Source: Methylophilales bacterium
GTDB lineage: Bacteria > Pseudomonadota > Gammaproteobacteria > Burkholderiales > Methylophilaceae
Assembly (NCBI GenBank): GCA_021414145.1
Contig: JAIOOY010000017.1
Location: 2,631-66,630, forward strand
Direction of reading: 5' to 3'
Length of the DNA stretch: 64,000 bases
The position numbers were made by a program, and so were the translations under genes. Shown one piece after another: positions 19,130 to 28,103 of the stretch; the stretch's first letter is position 1; the number at the start of each line of letters is the position of its first letter. The notes beneath the pieces are model-generated. The model ran no database searches and was not told where the DNA came from. It worked only from the letters and a program-made list of their open reading frames with translations.

Positions 19130-20569
19130 ATGAAGCAAACGCTTCAATTACGTGTTTCTCAACATCTCACCTTAACGCCGCAACTGCAGCAGTCTATCCG
19201 CTTGTTGCAACTCTCTTCCATCGAGTTAGGGCAAGAACTGGAAACTATTCTGCTAGAAAACCCTTTGTTGGAGCGCGTGGGGGAGGAGAGTGTCAATTAT
19301 TCTGAAATTCGCGAAACACCAGTTAGCGAACACCAAGAGCCAGCAGAACCCATAGATAAGGCCTCAGAGTCGGTGGGAGAGCAAGACTTTGACGCAGGCG
19401 ATAATGGGCGTTGGGAACAGACATCGAACGGCAGCACGCACGATAACGAGGACGACAACGACTTCAGTTTTCAAGAACCGAGCACAACTACGCTGCGAGA
19501 ACACCTGCTGGAACAACTGCGCTTGATGCATCTTTCCGAGCGTGACTTGCTATTGGCAGGCATGTTGGTGGATGCGATTGATGAAGATGGCTATTTAGAT
19601 CAATCTCTGGAAGAAATGCTGACGTTCTTGCCGCCAGAGCAAGAGGTGGATTTGCTGGAGTTACAAACAGTGCTCAAACTGATTCAGCACTTAGATCCAC
19701 TCGGTATAGGTGCACGCAATCTAACCGAATGCCTGCAACTGCAACTGCTCGCCATGCCCGACGATACTCCCTATAGAGACTGTGCTTTGGCCATAGTACA
19801 AGAGCACCTACCCCTGCTGGCGGCGCGGGACTTTGTCCGGTTACGTAAGATTTTGTCGTGCAATGACGATACCCTACGCGGCGCTCAACTGTTGATTACA
19901 CGTCTGGACCCACGTCCCGGCGCAGGGTTCACCAGCATAGAAGCTGACCATTACGTACAGCCGGAAGTAGTGGTGAAAAAAGTCAAAGGCCTGTGGTTGG
20001 CAAGCCTCAACAATGACGCGGTACCCAAGCTGCGTATCAATCGCGTCTATGCCGACATCCTGAAACGCAACCGTGACAGCTCTTCGCAATATCTCGCCAG
20101 CCAGATGCAAGAAGCCAAATGGTTCATCAAGAACATCCAGCAGCGTTTTACCACCATTCTGCGGGTATCACAGGCTATTGTGGATAGGCAACGCAGTTTT
20201 TTTGAGCATGGCGACGTGGCCATGCGCCCTTTAGTGCTGCGCGAGATTGCAGATGAGTTGGAATTACATGAATCTACCATTTCGCGGGTCACTACGCGCA
20301 AATATATGCTGACTCCGCGTGGGGTATATGAGTTGAAATACTTTTTCGGCAGCCACGTGGCGACCGAAACTGGAGGAGTGTGTTCTGCAACTGCCATCCG
20401 TGCACTCATTAAACAACTGGTTTCTGCAGAAAAGCCGCAAAAGCCTTTGTCGGATAGCAAGCTCACTGATATTCTGGGAGAGCAGGGCATAGTAGTAGCA
20501 CGCCGCACCGTTGCCAAGTACCGTGAGTCTTTGCAAATCCCTGCGGCGAGTCAGCGTAAGTCGTTGTAA
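19130..20569 (+). CDS. rpoN: RNA polymerase sigma-54 factor
   Basis: 479 aa. N-terminal Gln/Leu-rich region I (LTPQLQQSIRLLQLS), an acidic region II, and the RpoN box ARRTVAKYRE. Confidence 0.95.
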   Translation: MKQTLQLRVSQHLTLTPQLQQSIRLLQLSSIELGQELETILLENPLLERVGEESVNYSEIRETPVSEHQEPAEPIDKASESVGEQDFDAGDNGRWEQTSNGSTHDNEDDNDFSFQEPSTTTLREHLLEQLRLMHLSERDLLLAGMLVDAIDEDGYLDQSLEEMLTFLPPEQEVDLLELQTVLKLIQHLDPLGIGARNLTECLQLQLLAMPDDTPYRDCALAIVQEHLPLLAARDFVRLRKILSCNDDTLRGAQLLITRLDPRPGAGFTSIEADHYVQPEVVVKKVKGLWLASLNNDAVPKLRINRVYADILKRNRDSSSQYLASQMQEAKWFIKNIQQRFTTILRVSQAIVDRQRSFFEHGDVAMRPLVLREIADELELHESTISRVTTRKYMLTPRGVYELKYFFGSHVATETGGVCSATAIRALIKQLVSAEKPQKPLSDSKLTDILGEQGIVVARRTVAKYRESLQIPAASQRKSL

Positions 20570-20604
20570 TTTATAAAGTAGTCTACAAAACTTAGGAGAT
20601 TAAA

Positions 20605-20931
20605 ATGAATCTGCACATGACCGGACACCATCTTGAAATAACACCAGCTTTGCGCGAATACGCGCACAACAAGCTGGAGCGACTGAGCAACCATTTCGAT
20701 CATGTCATTGACATCAAAGTTACACTCACGGTAGAAAAATTGAAGCATAAGGTAGAAGCTACTATCCATGTGCCAGGTAATGATTTACATGCTGAAAGCA
20801 GCGATGAAAACATGTATAGCGCTATTGATTTGCTTGCCGATAAGCTTGATAGGCAAGTATTGAAGGTGAAAGAAAAGTTTGCCGACCATCACCGTGCCGA
20901 CGGCGGTGTGAAACACCAAGCGGTGGGCTAG
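20605..20931 (+). CDS. hpf: Ribosome hibernation promoting factor (short HPF/YhbH type)
   Basis: 108 aa. MNLHMTGHHLEITPALREYAHNKLERL is typical of the sigma-54 modulation protein/S30EA family. Located directly after rpoN. Confidence 0.9.
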   Translation: MNLHMTGHHLEITPALREYAHNKLERLSNHFDHVIDIKVTLTVEKLKHKVEATIHVPGNDLHAESSDENMYSAIDLLADKLDRQVLKVKEKFADHHRADGGVKHQAVG

Positions 20932-20953
20932 TTGAACACTTAGGAAACCCAGC

Positions 20954-21910
20954 ATGGGACAAATCAGCGTTAATGAGCTTCACCGCGAAACCCGTCGCCG
21001 ACTTAGGTTGACCTGGGTGGCGGGCTTAAACGGAGGTGACAAATTGCTCACCAGCGAAACCGTCACTAAGCCTTCGCTGGCGCTGATTGGTCACCTCAAT
21101 TTTGTACATCCTAACCGGGTGCAAGTGTTGGGCTGTGCCGAGATGGACTATCTGCGTGGCTTGGACGCTTCCGCTGTCAAACAAGCCATTAATAATTTGT
21201 ACTCCACCGACTTGGCTGCTGTAGTGGTAGCCAATGGTGAGGCTGTGCCAGCGGCTCTGACTAAGGCGGCGGAAAGCAAAAATACCCCATTATTCACTTC
21301 ACCTATGCGTAGTCCGGATTTAATGGATCTGTTGAGCCATTATTTGGTGCAAGCATTGGCCGAATCCATCAGCTTTCATGGCGTATTTCTTGAAGTGCAG
21401 GGTTTTGGTGTACTGATAAAAGGTGATGCCGCCATCGGTAAGAGCGAATTGGCGCTGGAATTGGTGACACGTGGCCATCGCTTAGTGGCAGATGATATTG
21501 TGGATTTTTTCCGTATCTCGCCGGACAGGCTGGAAGGCCGCTGTCCCAAGTTGTTACAGGACTTTCTGGAAGTACGCGGCTTAGGCATCCTGAATATCCG
21601 CGAGCTGTTCGGCGATAACGCTGTCAAGCCCACCAAACCTTTGGATATGATCGTGCAGCTGCAAATGGCCGATTCCAACTCGCCGCAACAATTAGACCGA
21701 TTGCGAATCAAATCACAAAGCGAAGCTATTCTGGGTGTGAAAGTCCCCAAAGTCACCATCCCAGTGGCTGCCGGTCGTAACATTGCAGTACTGGTGGAGG
21801 TGGCAGTGCGTAACCACGTGTTGTTGATGCGCGGGGTGAATAGCTCCAAGCAGTTCATGCAGCGGCAGACGCGCGAGATGCGTCGCCAAGGTAAGGTCGG
21901 GAATCCCTAG
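20954..21910 (+). CDS. hprK: HPr kinase/phosphorylase
   Basis: 318 aa. P-loop GDAAIGKSELALEL, LVADD, LEVRGLGI. Confidence 0.9.
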   Translation: MGQISVNELHRETRRRLRLTWVAGLNGGDKLLTSETVTKPSLALIGHLNFVHPNRVQVLGCAEMDYLRGLDASAVKQAINNLYSTDLAAVVVANGEAVPAALTKAAESKNTPLFTSPMRSPDLMDLLSHYLVQALAESISFHGVFLEVQGFGVLIKGDAAIGKSELALELVTRGHRLVADDIVDFFRISPDRLEGRCPKLLQDFLEVRGLGILNIRELFGDNAVKPTKPLDMIVQLQMADSNSPQQLDRLRIKSQSEAILGVKVPKVTIPVAAGRNIAVLVEVAVRNHVLLMRGVNSSKQFMQRQTREMRRQGKVGNP

Positions 21911-22747
21911 ATGCAGCTAGTCATCGTCACTGGTCTTTCCGGCTCTGGCAAAAGCATCGTCATGAAGGGTCTGGAAGACAGCGGTTATTATTGTGTAGAT
22001 AATCTGCCCGCGCCCTTGTTACACCAGGTGGCATCGCACCTAGAATTGGCCGGACACCATCTCGCCGCAGTGAGCATAGATACACGCAGCGCACAACTGG
22101 AAGATTTGCCTCAGCATATTGAGCACCTAAAAACCATCAACATCGAAGTTTCAGTATTATTTTTAGATTCCAATACCGAAACCCTAGTCAAACGCTTTAG
22201 CGAAACGCGCCGTCGCCACCCGCTCTCAAACGATACACGTACCTTGGCTGAGAGCATTCATCTGGAGCGTGAGTTGTTGGCAGAATTGAGCGACATGGGG
22301 CACAGACTGGATACCAGCGAACTATCCGCCAATACCTTACGTGCCTGGGTTAAGGACTTTGTGGCGTTGGATCACAGCGGTTTGGCTTTGCTGGTAGAGT
22401 CTTTTGGCTTCAAGCACGGCATTCCGCTGGATGCAGACATGGTGTATGACGTGCGCTGCCTGCCCAACCCGCATTACGATCCAAAATTACGTCCGCTAAC
22501 AGGGCGTGACGCTGCGGTCATTGAATTCCTAGAAAAAGAGCCACAAGTCAGCGAGATGCTGAACGACATCCGCGATTACATCGAAAAATGGTTGCCGTGT
22601 TTTGTGCGCGATAACCGCAGCTACTTAACAGTAGCCATAGGCTGCACTGGCGGACGACACCGTTCAGTTTATTTTGTGGAGAGTTTGGCCGAGTATTTCC
22701 GTAAACAAGGCCAGCAAGTCTTGGTGCGGCATCGCGGACTAGTGTAA
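21911..22747 (+). CDS. rapZ: RNase adapter protein RapZ (YhbJ)
   Basis: 278 aa. [15 protein letters not shown], and C-terminal [11 protein letters not shown]. Confidence 0.9.
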   Translation: MQLVIVTGLSGSGKSIVMKGLEDSGYYCVDNLPAPLLHQVASHLELAGHHLAAVSIDTRSAQLEDLPQHIEHLKTINIEVSVLFLDSNTETLVKRFSETRRRHPLSNDTRTLAESIHLERELLAELSDMGHRLDTSELSANTLRAWVKDFVALDHSGLALLVESFGFKHGIPLDADMVYDVRCLPNPHYDPKLRPLTGRDAAVIEFLEKEPQVSEMLNDIRDYIEKWLPCFVRDNRSYLTVAIGCTGGRHRSVYFVESLAEYFRKQGQQVLVRHRGLV

Positions 22748-22756
22748 GGATATTTG

Positions 22757-23158
22757 ATGATAGGCATACTGATAGTCACACACGGTGGATTAGGCGAAAG
22801 CCTGGCAGATTGCGTCACCCACGTGCTGGGTAGCAAACCTCCCTTGCTGGAAGAGTTGGGCATCTGTATGGAGGATGACCCCGAGGTGATGTTACCCCGC
22901 GCTCAGGCTATGATAAAAGAGTTGGATAGAGGTGCAGGAGTGCTGGTGTTGTCCGATATTTATGGCGCGACACCATGCAATATCGTATGCCATTTAGTGA
23001 AACCGGGGAAAGTGGAAGGTGTGGCAGGGGTGAATTTGCCCATGCTCATCCGCGCTTTGAGCTATCGGCATTTGGCCTTAGATTTGGTCGTGGAGAAAGC
23101 CATAGCAGGCGGTGTTGCAGGCGTGGTTCATTTTACAGAGGAAGCGCACGGAACATGA
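22757..23158 (+). CDS. PTS EIIA component, mannose/fructose (EIIA-Man) family
   Basis: 133 aa from ATG 22757 (AAGGA lies 6 nt upstream; the track begins one codon earlier at TTG). IGILIVTHGGLGE carries the phospho-His context of EIIA-Man. Followed by ptsH-ptsI. Confidence 0.75.
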   Translation: MIGILIVTHGGLGESLADCVTHVLGSKPPLLEELGICMEDDPEVMLPRAQAMIKELDRGAGVLVLSDIYGATPCNIVCHLVKPGKVEGVAGVNLPMLIRALSYRHLALDLVVEKAIAGGVAGVVHFTEEAHGT

Positions 23159-23424
23159 TTAAACAAGAAGTGGAAATTATTAACAAACTGGGCTTACATG
23201 CCCGCGCTTCAACCAAACTCACCCAAGTAGCCGCGCAGTTTTCTAGCCAAATCTGGATAGAACGCAATGCCAGACGGGTAAATGCAAAAAGCATTATGGG
23301 CGTGATGATGCTAGCGGCAGGCAAAGGAAGCAAGATCACTTTTGAAGTTGAGGGGCAGGATGAGGAGCCAGCGATGGCAGCACTGCTGAATCTGGTAAAT
23401 GATCGCTTTGGAGAAGGGGAATGA
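23155..23424 (+). CDS. ptsH: Phosphocarrier protein HPr
   Basis: 89 aa from ATG 23155, which forms an ATGA overlap with the EIIA stop. His15 context GLHARAS and Ser46 context AKSIMGVM. The track's 149-aa version is an upstream extension in the same frame. Confidence 0.9.
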   Translation: MIKQEVEIINKLGLHARASTKLTQVAAQFSSQIWIERNARRVNAKSIMGVMMLAAGKGSKITFEVEGQDEEPAMAALLNLVNDRFGEGE

Positions 23425-23485
23425 ATTTATTTTCTTACAAAGGAAAAACCCCCATGAGCTTTGCTCCTGAAAGAGGCAGAACTCT

Positions 23486-25210
23486 GTGAGTTTCACTATG
23501 CACGGCGTGGGTGTTTCCGCAGGCATCGCCATAGGCCGTGCCCATCTGGTCTCGCACGCTCTGTTGGAAGTGGCTCACTATGATGTGCGCCCCGAACTGC
23601 TGGATTTTGAGGTGAATCGTTTTGAGCAGGCGGTAACCACGGTGCGCGAAGAGCTAAGTAGCATTCGGCAAAGTTTACCCAACAACGCGCCGGCGGAAAT
23701 GGGCGCTTTTGTGGATACGCATTTGATGATTTTGTCGGACGGCTCGCTATCTCAAATGCCCAAAAGTATTATCCGCGAAGAAAGCTGCAACGCTGAATGG
23801 GCGTTGAAACAGCAAATGGATACATTGGTTGAGCAGTTTGAGGCGATTGAAGACGTGTATTTGCGTGAACGCAAATTTGACGTGGTGCAGGTGGTAGAAC
23901 GGGTAATCAAGGCGCTGCTGGGTCACCCCAACCAAGCGGCGCTGGCGGAGCAAGAAAGCGGCATGATACTGGTAGCGCACGATTTGTCGCCCGCCGATGC
24001 GATTCAGTTTAAACAGCATCAATTCGCCGCTTTTATTACAGATGTCGGCGGCGCAACCTCCCACACCGCGATTCTGGCGCGTAGCCTGAATATCCCATCT
24101 ATTGTGGCGTTGAGCCATGCACGGAACCTCATTCAAGATGGTGAAATGATCATCGTAGATGGTCAGCAAGGCGTGGTAATAGTTGGGCCGGATAAAGACA
24201 CGCTCGCAGAGTACAAGTTACGCCAAGAACAATGGGAAATCGATCAGCAAAAACTCAAACGCATCAAGCAAACCGCCGCTGTGACGCTGGATGGGGCTGC
24301 AATTGAACTGCATGCCAACATCGAAATCCCCCAAGACATTGTGCAAACCAAGGCAGCAGGAGCAACAGGTATTGGTCTGTATCGTACCGAATTCCTGTTC
24401 ATGAATCGCCGCGATTGGCCGGATGAAGACGAGCAGTTTGAAGCCTATCGCAAAGTAGCACATGCCATGAAAGGGTTGCCTGTCACCATCCGCACCCTAG
24501 ACATAGGGGCAGATAAGCAAGTAAATCCAGACAGCGAGCGTACCGTCACCAATCCAGCGCTGGGTTTGCGGGCGATACGTTTGTGCTTGGCTGAGCCGCA
24601 GATGTTCCATGCTCACCTGCGTGCTATTTTGCGTGCTTCCAACTACGGCAAGGTGAAAATTCTCATCCCCATGCTGTGCAATCTGGCCGAGCTGAAACAA
24701 GCGCTGCAAGCCATAGAACGAGCCAAACAAAGCCTGAAAGACGACAACATCGGGTTCGATGCAAAAGTGCCAGTGGGAGGCATGATAGAAATCCCCGCTG
24801 CCGCTTTGGGTGCCGAGCTCTTCGCGCGACATCTGGACTTTTTATCCATAGGCACCAACGACCTTATCCAATACACGCTGGCGATTGATCGCACCGACGG
24901 CGAAGTTGCACACCTCTACAACCCGCTGCATCCAGCGGTGTTGCAATTGGTGGAAATGACCATCCGCGCTGCCAATAAAGCGAAAAAAGAGATTTCCGTA
25001 TGCGGCGAAATGGCGGGGGATGTGAGACTAACGAGAATGCTGCTGGGTTTCGGTTTGCGCCAGTTCTCTATGCATCCGGCACACATACTGGCGGTGAAAC
25101 GGCAGGTACTCAATACTGAATTGTCTAAGATAGAAAGTTTGGTACGTAAGATTTTGGCCAGTAACGAGCCGGAAAAAACCGAGTTGTTGTTAAGCAAACT
25201 CAACGCTTAA
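23486..25210 (+). CDS. ptsI: Phosphoenolpyruvate-protein phosphotransferase (PTS Enzyme I)
   Basis: 574 aa. Active-site GGATSHTAILARSL and C-terminal PEP-utilising TIM barrel motifs (GTNDLIQY, CGEMAGD). GTG start at 23486; ATG 23498 is an alternative. Confidence 0.95.
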   Translation: MSFTMHGVGVSAGIAIGRAHLVSHALLEVAHYDVRPELLDFEVNRFEQAVTTVREELSSIRQSLPNNAPAEMGAFVDTHLMILSDGSLSQMPKSIIREESCNAEWALKQQMDTLVEQFEAIEDVYLRERKFDVVQVVERVIKALLGHPNQAALAEQESGMILVAHDLSPADAIQFKQHQFAAFITDVGGATSHTAILARSLNIPSIVALSHARNLIQDGEMIIVDGQQGVVIVGPDKDTLAEYKLRQEQWEIDQQKLKRIKQTAAVTLDGAAIELHANIEIPQDIVQTKAAGATGIGLYRTEFLFMNRRDWPDEDEQFEAYRKVAHAMKGLPVTIRTLDIGADKQVNPDSERTVTNPALGLRAIRLCLAEPQMFHAHLRAILRASNYGKVKILIPMLCNLAELKQALQAIERAKQSLKDDNIGFDAKVPVGGMIEIPAAALGAELFARHLDFLSIGTNDLIQYTLAIDRTDGEVAHLYNPLHPAVLQLVEMTIRAANKAKKEISVCGEMAGDVRLTRMLLGFGLRQFSMHPAHILAVKRQVLNTELSKIESLVRKILASNEPEKTELLLSKLNA

Positions 25211-26250
25211 TGGCAGATTTTGCCCAGCAACTCATAGAGTGGCAACAGCAACATGGCCGCCACAGTCTGCCTTGGCAAAATACTCAAGACCCATACAGAA
25301 TCTGGGTGTCAGAGATTATGCTGCAACAAACCCAAGTCGCAACGGTCGTTCCCTATTTCCAGCGCTTTATGACGCGTTTTCCAGATGTTGCCAGTTTAGC
25401 CCAAGCTGATGAGGATGAGGTGTTACGCCACTGGAGTGGCTTAGGCTACTACTCCAGAGCGCGTAATCTGCATGCCGCAGCACTTGCTATCATGCAGCAA
25501 TACCATGGCGAGTTCCCTCAAACCCATGAGCAAATCAACACCCTTCCTGGTATAGGTCGCTCCACCGCCTCCGCCATTACCGTGTTTGCCTATGGTCAAT
25601 CTCAACCCATACTGGATGGCAACGTCAAACGCGTACTTACACGTTGTTTTGGTATAGAAGGTTGGCCTAGCCAGCCAGCGGTTGAGAAACGCCTGTGGAA
25701 ACTGGCCGAAAGTCTGTTACCCAAAGCTGACATCCAATGCTACACTCAAGGCCTAATGGACTTAGGCGCAACCCTATGTACCAGAAGCAAACCACAATGC
25801 GATAACTGTCCGGTGCGTAAAAACTGCGTTGCGAGGAAAGAGGGTCGCATCCCTCAGTTGCCAACACCCAAGCCGCGCAAGGCTCTTCCTGAGTGTGAAA
25901 TAGTGATGTTGTTATTGATCGCTGACAATGAAATCTTGCTGGAAAAACGTCCAGCAAGTGGCATCTGGGGAGGATTGTGGAGTTTGCCGGAAGTGGCGAT
26001 GGGTGAAAACGTACAACTCGTCGCACGTCAGCGTTTAGGCTTAGAAACGAAGTTGTTGCCTGCCCTACCCCTAGTCACCCACACCTTCACCCACTTCCGC
26101 CTACACATCACCCCGCAACCACTTCAATTGCTGAAAATACTGCCTGAAGTACGGCAAAACGGGTTGGTATGGCTGGATAAAGAAGATGCAATAGGTGCCG
26201 CGTTACCTGCACCCATACGCAAGATTTTATTGGGCATGGGTACTAATTAA
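25210..26250 (+). CDS. mutY: A/G-specific adenine DNA glycosylase
   Basis: 346 aa. WVSEIMLQQTQV, an HhH-GPD region (LPGIGRSTA), a 4Fe-4S loop C..C..CP....C, and a NUDIX-like C-terminal domain. Confidence 0.95.
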   Translation: MADFAQQLIEWQQQHGRHSLPWQNTQDPYRIWVSEIMLQQTQVATVVPYFQRFMTRFPDVASLAQADEDEVLRHWSGLGYYSRARNLHAAALAIMQQYHGEFPQTHEQINTLPGIGRSTASAITVFAYGQSQPILDGNVKRVLTRCFGIEGWPSQPAVEKRLWKLAESLLPKADIQCYTQGLMDLGATLCTRSKPQCDNCPVRKNCVARKEGRIPQLPTPKPRKALPECEIVMLLLIADNEILLEKRPASGIWGGLWSLPEVAMGENVQLVARQRLGLETKLLPALPLVTHTFTHFRLHITPQPLQLLKILPEVRQNGLVWLDKEDAIGAALPAPIRKILLGMGTN

Positions 26251-26367
26251 CTAGAATCAAGTTGAACGTCAGCAAGCAATGGGGAATAATGCGTCAATTC
26301 AAGAATATTCATTGTGACCCGATAGATGGCACATTGAATCAACCAAAAAAATTAAGAGAATTCAGTT

Positions 26368-26760
26368 ATGTCAAAATTCAGCTTCCATAAAGACATGGCG
26401 ATGCCAGACGGGAAAAGTGCGCTGGTGTATGGTAGCAACAAGAAGGGTGTACACGATGTAGGCTGGGCGCTGATTGCCGCAACCAAGTTTGGTGCAAGAC
26501 ACGGGATAGCCGAGGGTTTTATCGGCACCAGTTATGGAATCCCGGTAAAAGGCTTCAACATGGAGCCTCTGGCACTAGAGGCAATCAAGCCTGCAGTTGA
26601 TAAATTCATTGCTTTTGCAGCTTCGCGCCCTGAACGGCAGTTCCATATCACAAGGATAGGTGTCACTCCTGCCGGACTCAGTGACTCGCAGATAGCACCC
26701 CTATTTCGGGCGGCACCATCCAACTGCTCTTTTGCCGAAGAGTGGAAGTCCTACCTGTAA
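26368..26760 (+). CDS. Uncharacterised 130-aa soluble protein (orphan)
   Basis: ATG start. The motifs ALVYGSNKKGVHDVGWA...GTSYGIPVKG...ITRIGVTPAGLSDSQIAPLF remind me of a small alpha/beta family seen in bacteria and phages, but I cannot name it. Isolated by 117-nt and 31-nt spacers. Confidence 0.5.
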   Translation: MSKFSFHKDMAMPDGKSALVYGSNKKGVHDVGWALIAATKFGARHGIAEGFIGTSYGIPVKGFNMEPLALEAIKPAVDKFIAFAASRPERQFHITRIGVTPAGLSDSQIAPLFRAAPSNCSFAEEWKSYL

Positions 26761-26791
26761 AACCCAATCTATTACGTGATAATTTGCAGAG

Positions 26792-27895
26792 TTAAGAAAC
26801 AGACTCCACACGGATTACGGGGCGTTTAGGCTCAGGAAGGCTGTAATTGCGAGCAACCGCTGGTGCCAGGGCGCCGCTGGTGCGCGGGCCAAACAAGCCT
26901 ACGGACAGCGCTTTCCACGGACGGCGAAAGGCTTCGTTGACGGCGGTGGGTTCGTAGCCGCAATGTGCGGTGCAGTTGGCGCATTTGGGATTGTTAGATG
27001 TGCCGTATTTTTCCCAAGGCGTATCTTCCATCAAGCTTTTAAATGTAGGCGCATAGCCTTCGTCAACCAACAAATAGCAGGGCTTTTGCCAGCCAAACAC
27101 GTTGCGCGTCGGATTTCCCCACGGAGTGCAATGGAAAGTTTGGTTGCCCGCCAAGAAATCCATATACAAAGGCGAATGATTGAGCGGCCAGCGTTTTTTC
27201 AGACGCTTGGCAATGGCAAAAACTGAACGGAACAATTGCTTGCCATCAGTGGTAGGGATGAAGATGTCCTGACGCGGTGCGTGTTCGTAGCTGAAACCTG
27301 AGGCAAGAGTGATAGATTCCACGCCCAGTTCAGTACAGAAATCCAGAAACTCGGCAACTTCTTCTGGGGACTCCCCTTGGAATAAAGTGCAGTTCACGCT
27401 GACACGAAAACCCTTGCCTAGTGCAAGTTTGACCGCTTCCACCGCGCGTTCAAACACACCGGTCTGGCACACCGAGGTGTCGTGCCTATCTTTCATACCG
27501 TCCAAGTGTATGGAAAATGACAAGTAAGGTGATGGTTGATAGTCGTCTATGCGCTTACTAAGCAATAAAGCGTTGGTACAAAGATAGATATATTTTTTGC
27601 GTTCGATCAATCCGGCGACGATTTGCGGCAACTCCTTATGCAGCAAGGGTTCGCCGCCAGCAATAGAGACAATAGGTGCGCCGCATTCGTCTGCGGCACC
27701 AAGCGCATCCTCTACACTGATACGTTGGTCTAGGATGTCGTCCGGATAGTCAATTTTTCCGCAACCGGCACAGGCCAGATTGCATTTGAACAAGGGTTCA
27801 AGCATCAATACCAATGGGTAACGCTCACGACGCGCCAGCTTTTGCTTGATGAGATAACCGGCAACAGCGGCTTGTAGTCTTAACGGCACACTCAT
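26792..27895 (-). CDS. hpnH: Adenosyl-hopene transferase, radical SAM (HpnH)
   Basis: 367 aa from ATG 27895 (MSVPLRLQ...); the track extends to a TTG at 27937. Radical SAM cluster CNLACAGCG and a C-terminal Cys-rich region. Lies next to shc. Confidence 0.9.
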   Translation of the reverse strand: MSVPLRLQAAVAGYLIKQKLARRERYPLVLMLEPLFKCNLACAGCGKIDYPDDILDQRISVEDALGAADECGAPIVSIAGGEPLLHKELPQIVAGLIERKKYIYLCTNALLLSKRIDDYQPSPYLSFSIHLDGMKDRHDTSVCQTGVFERAVEAVKLALGKGFRVSVNCTLFQGESPEEVAEFLDFCTELGVESITLASGFSYEHAPRQDIFIPTTDGKQLFRSVFAIAKRLKKRWPLNHSPLYMDFLAGNQTFHCTPWGNPTRNVFGWQKPCYLLVDEGYAPTFKSLMEDTPWEKYGTSNNPKCANCTAHCGYEPTAVNEAFRRPWKALSVGLFGPRTSGALAPAVARNYSLPEPKRPVIRVESVS

Positions 27896-28103
27896 GCAGT
27901 GCTCCTGAAAATTATAAAAAAGGGCGGCGGCGCTCAACAGTTAGGCACCGCAAAATATTCTTATTAGTTTACACTAAACAGTCATAAATTGGCGCGCCTT
28001 GGCTTTGTAATGCCGCTTCTTTCATGCTTGGTACGGGTTTCTTTGGTATCAAAATTACGGTAATATGAAACGCCTTAGGTTTACAAAATAAATCATCGCC
28101 GAC

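Noticed and set aside
22975-23424. A 149-aa version of the HPr ORF that overlaps the EIIA gene.
   Set aside because: The upstream 60 codons (MQYRMPFSETGESGRCGRGEF...) are an out-of-frame read-through of the EIIA coding region. Canonical HPr begins at ATG 23155 (MIKQEVEI...), which forms an ATGA overlap with the EIIA stop.
26327-26342. TGGCAC hexamer upstream of the orphan 130-aa gene, considered as a possible sigma-54 promoter.
   Set aside because: The -12 element is missing: the sequence TGGCAC-ATTGA-ATCA has no GC dinucleotide at the required spacing.
27967-28085. Two copies of GTTTACA in the hpnH/sqs divergent region, considered as possible regulator sites.
   Set aside because: A 7-mer recurring once in about 200 bp of AT-rich spacer is compatible with chance, and I saw no extended similarity or dyad symmetry.
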